Source of the DNA: a bacterium | GTDB taxonomy: Bacteria > Patescibacteriota > CPR2 > UBA1875 > JAJYID01 | Reading direction: 5' to 3' | NCBI GenBank assembly: GCA_021787535.1 | Contig: JAJYLR010000001.1 | Span: forward strand, 556,321 to 620,320 | DNA: 64,000 nucleotides | In this document: piece after piece, positions 49,512 through 57,735 of the stretch | How positions within the stretch are numbered: the first letter of the stretch is position 1 | Layout: each line of letters opens with the position of its first letter | Translations under genes and position numbers: made by a program | Notes under the pieces: generated by a model | What the model was told of the DNA's origin: nothing | The model's input: only the letters and a program-made list of their open reading frames with translations | The model's database searches: none

Positions 49512-50999
49512 CTAATTACTATTTCCTAATTTCCTGGCTAAAGTTTCGTTCACTGCCTTCGGATTTGCTTGGCCGCGCGTCTTCGCCATCACCTGGCCGA
49601 CTAGAAATCCGAATGCTTTTTCTTTGCCGGATTTATAATCTTCCACAACTTTGGGATTCGCCTCCAAAACATCGTCAATGATTTTCCCGATTTCGCCCGT
49701 ATCTGTAATCTGTTTCATTCCTCTTTCTTCGATTATACCATAGCAACTTTTGCCTGTCTTAAACATTTCGGCGAAAACTTGCTTTGCCTGTTTGCCGCTA
49801 ATTGCGCCTTTTTCTATTGAAGCCATAAGCTCTGCCATGTTTTCCGGCTCGATTTTAATTTCACTAATTCCAATAGAGATCTCATTCATTTTTCCGGCAA
49901 GTTCCGAGGTCATCCAGTTGGCTAATCTAATAGCGTAATTTTTCATAATCTCGGAGTTCTTGGCCGTCTCCCCGATGTGTTCCAGTGTTTTTTCGAAATA
50001 ATTTGCCATATCTAGATCATCGGCCAGATAATTGGCGTCTTTCTTATTTAATCCATATTCCAAAGCAAATCGCGCCTTTTTCTCCCAAGGTAGTTCCGGC
50101 ATCATACTCTTGATTTTTTCAAGATCAATCGCATTCTCGTCGCCTTTTCTTGTGGTAATCGGCGGAATATCCGGCTCCGGAAAGTAACGGTAATCATGGG
50201 CTTCTTCCTTTGACCTTTGCCCCAAAGTTTTTCCTTTTGAGTCATCCCAGCCGCGAGTTTCCTGATATATTTTCTTACCGTCATTTAAAAGATCAGATTG
50301 TCTCTCGATTTCGTAGTTCACAGCCCGTTCGATCATTTTGAAAGAGTTCATATTTTTGACCTCGACCTTGGCGCCGAGCTTTTTCTCATCATATTTACGC
50401 AGTGAAATATTAACGTCGCAACGCAAATTCCCCTGCTCCATGTTTGCATCTGATATTTGTAGATGTCGCAGAAGAGATCGCAAAGTCTGCATAAATACCC
50501 GAGCTTCCGCCCCGCTTCGGAGATCCGGTTCCGTCACCATCTCAACAAGCGGTGTACCGGCACGGTTGAGGTCGACAAGCGAAGTGCCGTTTTTAGCATG
50601 CACCAGCTTCCCGGCGTCTTCCTCCAGATGAATGTGATGCAGGTGAATCTCTCTCTCGGCACCATTAACGTCAATCTTTAAGCCGCCTCCAATTACCGGC
50701 GGATTGGTGGCTGAGGAAATCTGATACGCTTTAGGCAGATCAGGGTAAAAATAGTTTTTGCGTTCAAAGTTAAACTCCTCGGCTATTTTTGCCTCCAGTG
50801 CCATACCGAGTAGCATCGTCCACTCGATGGCCTGCCGGTTCGGCACCGGCAAAGTTCCGGGAAATCCCATACACACCGGACAAACATTTGTATTCGGGTC
50901 TGCTTCGATGGAATGATTGTCGCTCCCGCAAAACATCTTAGACCTAGTCTTAAGCTGGGCGTGTATCTCAAGCCCTATCACTGCTTCATATTCTTGCAT
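49512..50999 (-). CDS. gatB: Aspartyl/glutamyl-tRNA amidotransferase subunit B
   Basis: 495 aa; MQEYEAVIGLEIHAQL...; CxxC zinc ligand, GatB/YqeY C-terminal domain. Confidence 0.93.
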   Translation of the reverse strand: MQEYEAVIGLEIHAQLKTRSKMFCGSDNHSIEADPNTNVCPVCMGFPGTLPVPNRQAIEWTMLLGMALEAKIAEEFNFERKNYFYPDLPKAYQISSATNPPVIGGGLKIDVNGAEREIHLHHIHLEEDAGKLVHAKNGTSLVDLNRAGTPLVEMVTEPDLRSGAEARVFMQTLRSLLRHLQISDANMEQGNLRCDVNISLRKYDEKKLGAKVEVKNMNSFKMIERAVNYEIERQSDLLNDGKKIYQETRGWDDSKGKTLGQRSKEEAHDYRYFPEPDIPPITTRKGDENAIDLEKIKSMMPELPWEKKARFALEYGLNKKDANYLADDLDMANYFEKTLEHIGETAKNSEIMKNYAIRLANWMTSELAGKMNEISIGISEIKIEPENMAELMASIEKGAISGKQAKQVFAEMFKTGKSCYGIIEERGMKQITDTGEIGKIIDDVLEANPKVVEDYKSGKEKAFGFLVGQVMAKTRGQANPKAVNETLARKLGNSN

Positions 51000-51087
51000 A
51001 AAATCAATTTTAGCAGAATAGGCGTTTTTTTGAAATTTGAAAATTAGAAATTGATTGAAAATTGAGACTTGAAAATTGGAAATTTCA

Positions 51088-51573
51088 TCACAGTTTATCC
51101 ATCAACTCTTTCTTCTTCTCGTCGTATTCTTCCCGAGTGATAATCTTCTCATGGAAAACCTGGGCTAGCTGCTCCATTTCTTCAACAACACTGGCCGTTG
51201 CCTTTCTTCTGCTTGAAGGGTTATGCAGAATCAGCTGCCTGTTCATTTCGCAGAAAAACTGTACCGTTCTTTTTCTATTTTTCCTGAAAAACTGCAAGCG
51301 AAACTTCTGGCCGTAATAATCAACAAAAATGGTGTCAAAAATGACACCTTCATTCATATCCGCGCTAAGCGCTCCCAGATACATCGGCCAGATATCATAG
51401 GAAATACCAAATGGCCATCTTATGATACAAATCATCCTCCTGTCAGTCAGAATAGTCCATCTTTGCCACTTAACATAACTCCAAGGTTCTTTCACCGCAT
51501 CAACAATTTTTTCGCCCTGATCCAATACAGAAATCAGCTGATTTCTTACACCGCTCGGCAATAAAATTTTCAC
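51088..51573 (-). CDS. PH-like domain + SHOCT domain protein (paralog 1)
   Basis: KEPWSYVKWQRWTILTDRRM (bacterial PH-like core); C-terminal EKIITREEYDEKKKELMDKL matches the SHOCT motif. Confidence 0.55.
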   Translation of the reverse strand: MKILLPSGVRNQLISVLDQGEKIVDAVKEPWSYVKWQRWTILTDRRMICIIRWPFGISYDIWPMYLGALSADMNEGVIFDTIFVDYYGQKFRLQFFRKNRKRTVQFFCEMNRQLILHNPSSRRKATASVVEEMEQLAQVFHEKIITREEYDEKKKELMDKL

Positions 51574-51689
51574 TTTTTACACCCCCTCTCGCCCAATGTT
51601 CGCACTGCTTGCTAACATAAAAGTAATGTTTTCGATGATGCAAAAACATATGTCAAATACCAAAAAAACCAGTATTTTTTTAGATAATT

Positions 51690-52184
51690 TTATAACTTAT
51701 CTATTAACCTTTTTTTCTTGAATTCATATTCTTCTGACGTAATTTTGTTTTCATAAAATGTCCGAGCTAATGCCTCAAGCTCAGTCTTGGCGGCTGTTTT
51801 TTCTCTCTCTTCCTGTTCCTTTTCCAAATCTCTAAACATCTCATCGCGCGCTTTTTCTATTTCGTTGACAAACCTGATAGTACTTTCGCGAACTGAAGGG
51901 AAAAAATTGATCATGCGTTCACCAGTTGAATCGCGAATATAAATCGTGTCCATAATCACGCCTTCGATCATTTCAAAATTCGCCCCGGATAAAACAATCT
52001 GGATGATATCGAAGCTCAGTCCGAAGAAAACCCTCTTTATAAGGTAGAGTCTTTTGCTCGTTAAAATCACCCACCTATTCCTTTTATAGAAACTCCAGGG
52101 CTCTTTGCGAAAATCTATCGGCTTTTCATCATCTTCAAGAAATCTCGCCAGTTCTTTTGCGATGTCTTTTGGCAATCCCAGCAT
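51690..52184 (-). CDS. PH-like domain + SHOCT domain protein (paralog 2)
   Basis: KEPWSFYKRNRWVILTSKRLYLIKR; C-terminal ENKITSEEYEFKKKRLIDKL (SHOCT). Same architecture as the upstream paralog. Confidence 0.55.
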   Translation of the reverse strand: MLGLPKDIAKELARFLEDDEKPIDFRKEPWSFYKRNRWVILTSKRLYLIKRVFFGLSFDIIQIVLSGANFEMIEGVIMDTIYIRDSTGERMINFFPSVRESTIRFVNEIEKARDEMFRDLEKEQEEREKTAAKTELEALARTFYENKITSEEYEFKKKRLIDKL

Positions 52185-52247
52185 ACAAATATACTAAGAA
52201 TTTATAGGCCAAAAAACATTATGAAAAATTACGAAAACCCTTACAAC

Positions 52248-52277
52248 TTGACATGCAAGCTGTGCATAAGCTTTAAT
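52248..52277 (+). promoter_or_regulatory. Putative sigma70-type promoter TTGACA-18-TTTAAT for the 52305 gene
   Basis: TTGACA at 52248-52253, TTTAAT at 52272-52277, RBS AAGGAAGGAAG before the ATG at 52305. Confidence 0.4.
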
Positions 52278-52304
52278 TGGGTAAAGTAAAAGGAAGGAAG
52301 AAAT

Positions 52305-52655
52305 ATGAGTAAAGACATCATAACAGCTGACCAGCAAGAAAGCTCCACCCAGTTTAAAGCCCATGCACGGCTTTTGGTGCTTTTTGGGATCTTTCTTATT
52401 TTGGCCGCGGGAGCGGGAATTTCACTTCTCACCCTCAGGGGCAGTGGTCAAAAAACAACAAACACAATCTCATCCGCAAACCATAATGCTAGCCCAAGCC
52501 CTTCGGCCAGTACCGTAACCAGCGCTAACACCTCGGATAGCCAGTTAAACAGCGATGTAAATACTCTAAACAGCCAGTTGAACAGTATCGACCAAGGCTT
52601 AAACAGCACAAATAGCGCCATGAGTGACCAGCAAACTAACCTAAACTCAAACTAG
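52305..52655 (+). CDS. Membrane-anchored S/N-rich low-complexity protein
   Basis: 116 aa; one TM (LLVLFGIFLILAAGAGISLLTL) then S/N/T-rich repeats (LNSQLNS...). Confidence 0.45.
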   Translation: MSKDIITADQQESSTQFKAHARLLVLFGIFLILAAGAGISLLTLRGSGQKTTNTISSANHNASPSPSASTVTSANTSDSQLNSDVNTLNSQLNSIDQGLNSTNSAMSDQQTNLNSN

Positions 52656-52663
52656 GAGGAAAT

Positions 52664-53467
52664 ATGAGAAACAAAATACTTGCATATTTAACCATCGCGG
52701 CCACAGCCATAATGCCGGTACAATCCTTAGCTATAGGAAAGATGAATGTGAATGCTATGCCAAACACTGCTAATCAGCAAGCTGCTCAAACACAAGCAAA
52801 CAGCCAGAAGATGACAAACCTGCGCCAAAGAGGAGATCAGGAAATCAACCGAAGAATCACCGCCCTCAATCGGTTAATTTCTATGATTAATGCCATGAAA
52901 AAGATAAGCGGAGACCAAAAATCATCATTTGTGAGCCAGGTCAACTCCTACATTACAGAGCTTAACAACTTAAAGAATAAAATTGATGCTGACACCGATC
53001 TTGACACCATGAAAACTGACATTCAATCGATTGTGAGTGATTATAGAGTTTTTGTTCTCTTTATGCCCAAGATTACCATTCTAGCCACGGCCGATAAATT
53101 AAGCGACATTTCCGACCAACTAACAACATTTGCCGGTAAATTACAGACCAGAATTACTGCCGATCAGCAAGCCGGGAAAGATGTAACGTCATTGAATACG
53201 GAATTGTCTGATATGCAAGCAAAGATCGCTGATGCCAAAACTCAGGCCGCAAATGTAGAAAACGCTGTTATGACACTTGATCCAAGCGGTTACCCGGGAA
53301 ACAGAACAGGGCTTGAAACCGGACGAACTGACCTTCAAACCGGTAGAACAGATGTAAAAAATGCTATTGCCGATGCCCGAGAAATTATCCAAGGATTAAA
53401 AACACTGGAAGGCACAGGCACAAATACAACACCGCCTTCAGGTACAGCTGCTCCAACTAATCAATAG
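52664..53467 (+). CDS. Secreted coiled-coil protein (signal peptide)
   Basis: 267 aa; N-terminal signal peptide (ILAYLTIAATAIMPVQSLA), Q/N/T-rich helical repeats. Confidence 0.5.
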   Translation: MRNKILAYLTIAATAIMPVQSLAIGKMNVNAMPNTANQQAAQTQANSQKMTNLRQRGDQEINRRITALNRLISMINAMKKISGDQKSSFVSQVNSYITELNNLKNKIDADTDLDTMKTDIQSIVSDYRVFVLFMPKITILATADKLSDISDQLTTFAGKLQTRITADQQAGKDVTSLNTELSDMQAKIADAKTQAANVENAVMTLDPSGYPGNRTGLETGRTDLQTGRTDVKNAIADAREIIQGLKTLEGTGTNTTPPSGTAAPTNQ

Positions 53468-53486
53468 CTATTACGAGAATTAACCT

Positions 53487-53513
53487 AAAAACCCGCCGAA
53501 ATAGCGGGTTTTT
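53487..53513. terminator. Bidirectional rho-independent terminator aaaaacccgcCGAAATAgcgggttttt
   Basis: Perfect 5-bp GC stem flanked by A5 and T5 tracts, between convergent genes. Confidence 0.75.
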
Positions 53514-53958
53514 AGATAGCCCTTAGTTCTTTCAGTGCTTTCTCATAATATTCCATGGCCCTTTTTACTTCCGGGTACAGGAGCTCGTGTCCGGCTTCAT
53601 GAGCGACTCGATTTCTAACCTTATGAGCTTTCCAAAGGTTGTCATAGTCGCTATAGTTTACGAAGCAGCTTCTTGATTTTTTAAGACGGTCGGCCATAGT
53701 TCCGTTAACACCGACTTTAGATTTTAAAACATAATCAACCAGCTTATCAGCCTCAACTATTGCCGCCTTATAAGCACTGGGCTGTTTTTGCTTAACAAGA
53801 CTCTCGGCCTCTTGCCATTTTTGCCAGATCATCCTCCGGTCAAGCGGTCCTTTCTTATTAACAAATCCTTTAAATATCCAGCCCTTTTTAATAAGCACAG
53901 CAAAGACAGCCGCGAAAACTCCGACAAAAAGTATTAAATATAAAAATGTTGTGTCCAT
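53512..53958 (-). CDS. Hypothetical membrane-anchored protein (148 aa)
   Basis: N-terminal TM, then a soluble domain with a HEAGHE segment; no family recognised. Confidence 0.4.
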   Translation of the reverse strand: MDTTFLYLILFVGVFAAVFAVLIKKGWIFKGFVNKKGPLDRRMIWQKWQEAESLVKQKQPSAYKAAIVEADKLVDYVLKSKVGVNGTMADRLKKSRSCFVNYSDYDNLWKAHKVRNRVAHEAGHELLYPEVKRAMEYYEKALKELRAI

Positions 53959-54236
53959 ATTTTGAAATTCTATTTTCTAAAACCTAAACAAATTCTAATG
54001 GCCAAATCCCAAAAAATCAAACCAGAAACGTCATGCGGCTATCGGATCGAAAAGCGAGCCTGGGAGTGAACGAACCTTTAAAAATAATTTTGTCTGAGCT
54101 TGCGAGTTAATTTTTTTAAAGATGAGAGAACGAACCAGACGACACTTTGAAATACCGCCTAAGCCGCGATTTTTACTATACTTTTTCTAAAAAAGTAGAA
54201 AATATTTCAAATAAATAAGATGTGAATTTGGGGGGG

Positions 54237-54989
54237 CTATTTTCCCGTTATTTCAATCGATTCAATCACGACCTTTTCCTTCGGTTTCGACTCTTCCCCG
54301 CCCGCGCTTTTCTCTACCGGCGTGGCGGCTATTTTCTGAACTGTGTCCATACCGCTTGTCACATTACCGAATATAACATAATTTTTAGGCAATTTACCAC
54401 CCGAGTAGTCGCTTGTCATAATGAAAAATTGCGAGCCGTTGGTGTCTTTGCCGGAGTTTGCCATAGCGATTGTTCCGGGAAGATAATCTTTTGTGATCGG
54501 TTCATCGGGAAATTTGTAGCCAGGCCCGCCGGTACCATCACCTTTCGGGTCTCCGCCCTGAATCATAAAGTCTTTAATGATTCTATGAAATGTCAGACCG
54601 TCGTAAAATCCGCTTTTGGCCAGAAATACGAAATTGTTTACTGTCTTCGGCGTGTCTTTGGCGTCAAGCTCGATAGTAATATCACCATCGCTCGTCTTCA
54701 TGACCACCGTGTACTTTTTGCTTGGGTCTATCACCATCTCCGGATATTTATCGTAATGTTTCACGCTTGCCTCCTTTTTTATCGCGCTCAATTTGCTAGT
54801 TGTTTGGTTAGCCGCCTTCTTGTTTGGCATAAATTTAGCGTAACCATAAGCCCCCACAAGCCCCAACATAATCACTACAAATCCCACAGAAAAAATCTTC
54901 AATAATTTTTTTCGATTTTCCCTTTTCCGTTTTTCCTCCTTAACCCTTTCGATCTTTCTTTCTAGCTTGAGTTTTTGATTTCTTCCCAC
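54237..54989 (-). CDS. Peptidyl-prolyl cis-trans isomerase, cyclophilin type, membrane anchored
   Basis: Cyclophilin signature FHRIIKDFMIQGGDP, with a basic N-terminus and a TM segment. Confidence 0.88.
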   Translation of the reverse strand: MGRNQKLKLERKIERVKEEKRKRENRKKLLKIFSVGFVVIMLGLVGAYGYAKFMPNKKAANQTTSKLSAIKKEASVKHYDKYPEMVIDPSKKYTVVMKTSDGDITIELDAKDTPKTVNNFVFLAKSGFYDGLTFHRIIKDFMIQGGDPKGDGTGGPGYKFPDEPITKDYLPGTIAMANSGKDTNGSQFFIMTSDYSGGKLPKNYVIFGNVTSGMDTVQKIAATPVEKSAGGEESKPKEKVVIESIEITGK

Positions 54990-55003
54990 AGTTTTCTCCT
55001 AAT

Positions 55004-55051
55004 TACACTTGCTGTCATTCCGAGCGATCCGACAACCGCCGGACGACAAGC
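55004..55051. repeat. Palindromic repeat gtcattccgagcgatccgacaaccgccggacgacaagccgaggaatcc
   Basis: GTCATTCCGAGCGA...GAGGAATCC family member in the PPIase upstream region, followed by a CCAAT/ATTGG array at 55076-55175. Confidence 0.65.
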
Positions 55052-55178
55052 CGAGGAATCCCTTGGCTTTTAATTTACAATTTACAAGCCCCAATTTTCA
55101 ATGAATGAGTCAATGTTTCAATTTTCAAATTTATTAATTGGGACTTGATTGGTTATTAGTTATTGGAAATTGGTCATT

Positions 55179-56669
55179 CTAAACCTTTGGTTTATATTTT
55201 CTCCACTCTTCATTCCCTGTTGCTTTTTCGAACTGATGCGCAACATTCAGTATCTTCGCCTCTTCAAAATGTCCTCCAATAATCTGTATCCCGATCGGCA
55301 ATTTATCAGTTGAAAATCCAGCCGGGACAGAGATTGCCGGAAGACCTGCCAGACTTACCGGAACCGTGAAAACGTCCGCCAAATACATAGAAACAGGATC
55401 TGCCTTTTCGCCAATTTTAAACGCCGGGGTCGGCGCCGTCGGTGTCAGTATCACGTCAACGTGCTCAAATGCCTTTATAAAATCATCATGAATTAATCTC
55501 CTGACTTTGGCCGCCTTCATAAAATATGCATCGTAGTAGCCGCTTGATAAAACATAAGCCCCAAGCATAATTCTCCTCTTTGCCTCGTCGCCGAATCCTT
55601 CATCGCGTGTTTTGAAGTAAGAATCAATTAAATCCTTTGAATTTTTGGCTGAAAAGCCGTATTTTACCCCATCATATCGACCCAAGTTTGAGGATGTTTC
55701 GGCTGTCATTATGATGTAGTACGCCGCCAGCGCATATTCCGTATGAGGCAGGCTGATTTCAATAACTTCTGCTCCCATTTTTTCAAGGGTTAACAAAGAT
55801 TGCTTAAACACCTCGCCAACCTCATCAAATAGTCCCAGCCCAAAATACTCTTTTGGTACGCCTATTTTTAGGCCTTCGATGCCCTTATTCAAATCCTTGG
55901 TGAAATCGGTTGTCATTCTGGCTTGTCCAGAATCGTCCTTTAGTGTGGTCGCATCCTTCGGATCTTCCCCTGCAATCACATTCAAAACTATTGCCGCATC
56001 CTCCACTGTCTTCGTTATCGGCCCGGGACAATCCAGCGATGAGCCCATGGCAATCAGCCCATAACGCGAAACCCTGCCGTATGTCGGCTTTAGGCCTACC
56101 ACCCCGCAGAAACTCGCCGGCTGGCGAATAGATCCGCCGGTGTCTGTGCCAATGGAATATGGCACTTCGCCTGCCGCTACAGCTGCCGCCGAGCCTCCTG
56201 AAGAACCGCCGGAAACCCGGGCCAAATCCCAAGGATTGGGCGTCACACCATAATCGGAGTTCTCAGTTGAGGAACCATGCGCCCAAGCATCACAGTTGTT
56301 TTTTCCGACAACTATTGCTCCGGAGTCTTTTAATTTCTTAACTACGGTCGCATCATACGGCGGAACAAAGTTATCCAGCATCTTGGCACTCGCCGTCGTC
56401 CGCAAATTCCTCGTACAAATCACATCCTTAATCCCCACCGGAATACCTTGCAGAGGACTGTCCTCTGCACTACCGCCTTTGTCATTCTGAGCGACTTCCT
56501 GAAAGGACGAGTCGAAGAATCCCTTTCCCTCGACATCTTCCGCCGTAAGTGTCGTCACGAAAGCATGCAGCTTCGGCTCAACTTCCTTAATCCTACTCAA
56601 ACAAGCAGACAAAATCTCCCGCTTATCCTCTTTTTCTAATTCTTTAATTGGTAAATCTGTAATTTTCAT
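55179..56669 (-). CDS. gatA: Glutamyl-tRNA(Gln) amidotransferase subunit A
   Basis: Amidase signature ([20 protein letters not shown]...T.AS). Start assigned to [11 protein letters not shown]. Carries two in-frame palindromic-repeat insertions. Confidence 0.92.
   Translation of the reverse strand: MKITDLPIKELEKEDKREILSACLSRIKEVEPKLHAFVTTLTAEDVEGKGFFDSSFQEVAQNDKGGSAEDSPLQGIPVGIKDVICTRNLRTTASAKMLDNFVPPYDATVVKKLKDSGAIVVGKNNCDAWAHGSSTENSDYGVTPNPWDLARVSGGSSGGSAAAVAAGEVPYSIGTDTGGSIRQPASFCGVVGLKPTYGRVSRYGLIAMGSSLDCPGPITKTVEDAAIVLNVIAGEDPKDATTLKDDSGQARMTTDFTKDLNKGIEGLKIGVPKEYFGLGLFDEVGEVFKQSLLTLEKMGAEVIEISLPHTEYALAAYYIIMTAETSSNLGRYDGVKYGFSAKNSKDLIDSYFKTRDEGFGDEAKRRIMLGAYVLSSGYYDAYFMKAAKVRRLIHDDFIKAFEHVDVILTPTAPTPAFKIGEKADPVSMYLADVFTVPVSLAGLPAISVPAGFSTDKLPIGIQIIGGHFEEAKILNVAHQFEKATGNEEWRKYKPKV
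55912..55934. repeat. 23-nt palindromic repeat gtcattctggcttgtccagaatc inside gatA (in frame, encodes DSGQARMT)
   Basis: Identical to the copies at 18031 and 21171. Confidence 0.7.
56480..56522. repeat. Palindromic repeat gtcattctgagcgacttcctgaaaggacgagtcgaagaatcc inside gatA 5' region (in frame, encodes [14 protein letters not shown])
   Basis: GTCATTC...GAATCC family. It replaces the normally variable loop between the N-terminal helix and the GIP(V/I)(A/G)IKD motif. Confidence 0.7.
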
Positions 56670-56749
56670 TTCTCTTTCCCTAAATAGGTCGGATCCTTGC
56701 GTGCTCGCCAGGCCCGACCTCCCAGCAAGCAATTTTTTATTATTCTCTT

Positions 56750-56855
56750 GTCATTCCGACCAAAGTGGAGGAATCCCTTTCCTATTTGTCATTCCGGACT
56801 TGATCCGGAATCTATATAAATCATTCCTGGATCCTGAATCAAGTTCAGGATGACA
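56750..56855. repeat. Cluster of three palindromic repeat units in the gatC-gatA spacer
   Basis: gtcattccgaccaaagtggaggaatc; gtcattccggacttgatccggaatc; tcattcctggatcctgaatcaagttcaggatgac. Confidence 0.7.
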
Positions 56856-56859
56856 TAAT

Positions 56860-57156
56860 TTATTCCAACACCGACTTTACTTTTATAAATCCATCCTCAT
56901 GTTTCGGCGCTTCTGATATAAGCTCTGCCGGCGTACCTTCAATCTTCTCAACTTTATCTTCACGCATCTCGTTTCTCTGCTCTATCCCCGCCGCCATCGG
57001 CTCAACTTTATCCGTATCCACTTCGTTTAATTTTTCTACATAACCTAAAATATCCGCCAAGTCTTTCTGGTACTTGGTAATTTCCTTTTCGGTCAGCCCA
57101 ACCCTCGCCAGCTTCGCCAAATATTCAACTTCTTCTTTTGATATTTTTCCCACCAT
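56860..57156 (-). CDS. gatC: Glutamyl-tRNA(Gln) amidotransferase subunit C
   Basis: 98 aa; ...LAKLARVGLTEKEI..YQKDL..IL.YVEKL.EVDT..VEP... typical GatC. Confidence 0.85.
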   Translation of the reverse strand: MVGKISKEEVEYLAKLARVGLTEKEITKYQKDLADILGYVEKLNEVDTDKVEPMAAGIEQRNEMREDKVEKIEGTPAELISEAPKHEDGFIKVKSVLE

Positions 57157-57166
57157 AACTCACTAA

Positions 57167-57733
57167 TTATACCTTATTTTGTTCTGGTATTAAATTTAAT
57201 CCCCAAAATTCATCTAGGGTTTTCTCAAATTTTTTTCTCAAGCCATGGGTATCATTCTCAAGATCATTGAGATACTCATTCATGCCATCAATTAAATCCT
57301 GTCCAAAGTCTTTAACACTAATATTCAAACACTGAGCTTGCCCCATTTTAGTCATTTTTAGATGAGATTGTTTATTGCTGTAGTGTATTCTCCAGGTATA
57401 AATATTATCTTGATAATCCGTTAGTGGCGCTGGCATCCCTGAATGTACTAATTTATGACGATATATCTGCTGAACTAATTTCATTTGATCCTTAGAGTAA
57501 TGCATATATTTAACCATAAATTTTTTAGCGTTATCCGCTTCTTTTCTTTTGTCATACCGACCAGTTAAGTAAGCTCCCATCAAGTCAATATTTGAGAAAC
57601 AATAAAGTAAAGCTACATAGGGAGCTGCTTCAATATGTGAATTTAAACAAAGAGAAACAATTTGGCTAATCGATTCCATCCTTAATTGTATTTGAGCAGC
57701 CCCAAAATATTTATGTGGATCATTAATATTCAT
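57167..57733 (-). CDS. Hypothetical protein (188 aa) embedded between ligA and gatC
   Basis: Intact ORF, 10 nt from gatC and 2 nt from ligA; AT-rich; no family recognised. Confidence 0.5.
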   Translation of the reverse strand: MNINDPHKYFGAAQIQLRMESISQIVSLCLNSHIEAAPYVALLYCFSNIDLMGAYLTGRYDKRKEADNAKKFMVKYMHYSKDQMKLVQQIYRHKLVHSGMPAPLTDYQDNIYTWRIHYSNKQSHLKMTKMGQAQCLNISVKDFGQDLIDGMNEYLNDLENDTHGLRKKFEKTLDEFWGLNLIPEQNKV

Positions 57734-57735
57734 GT

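Noticed and set aside
54222-54905. 227-aa plus-strand ORF antisense to the cyclophilin gene
   Set aside because: It is fully embedded in a cyclophilin gene with a canonical signature on the minus strand, with odd Cys/His/Arg-rich composition.
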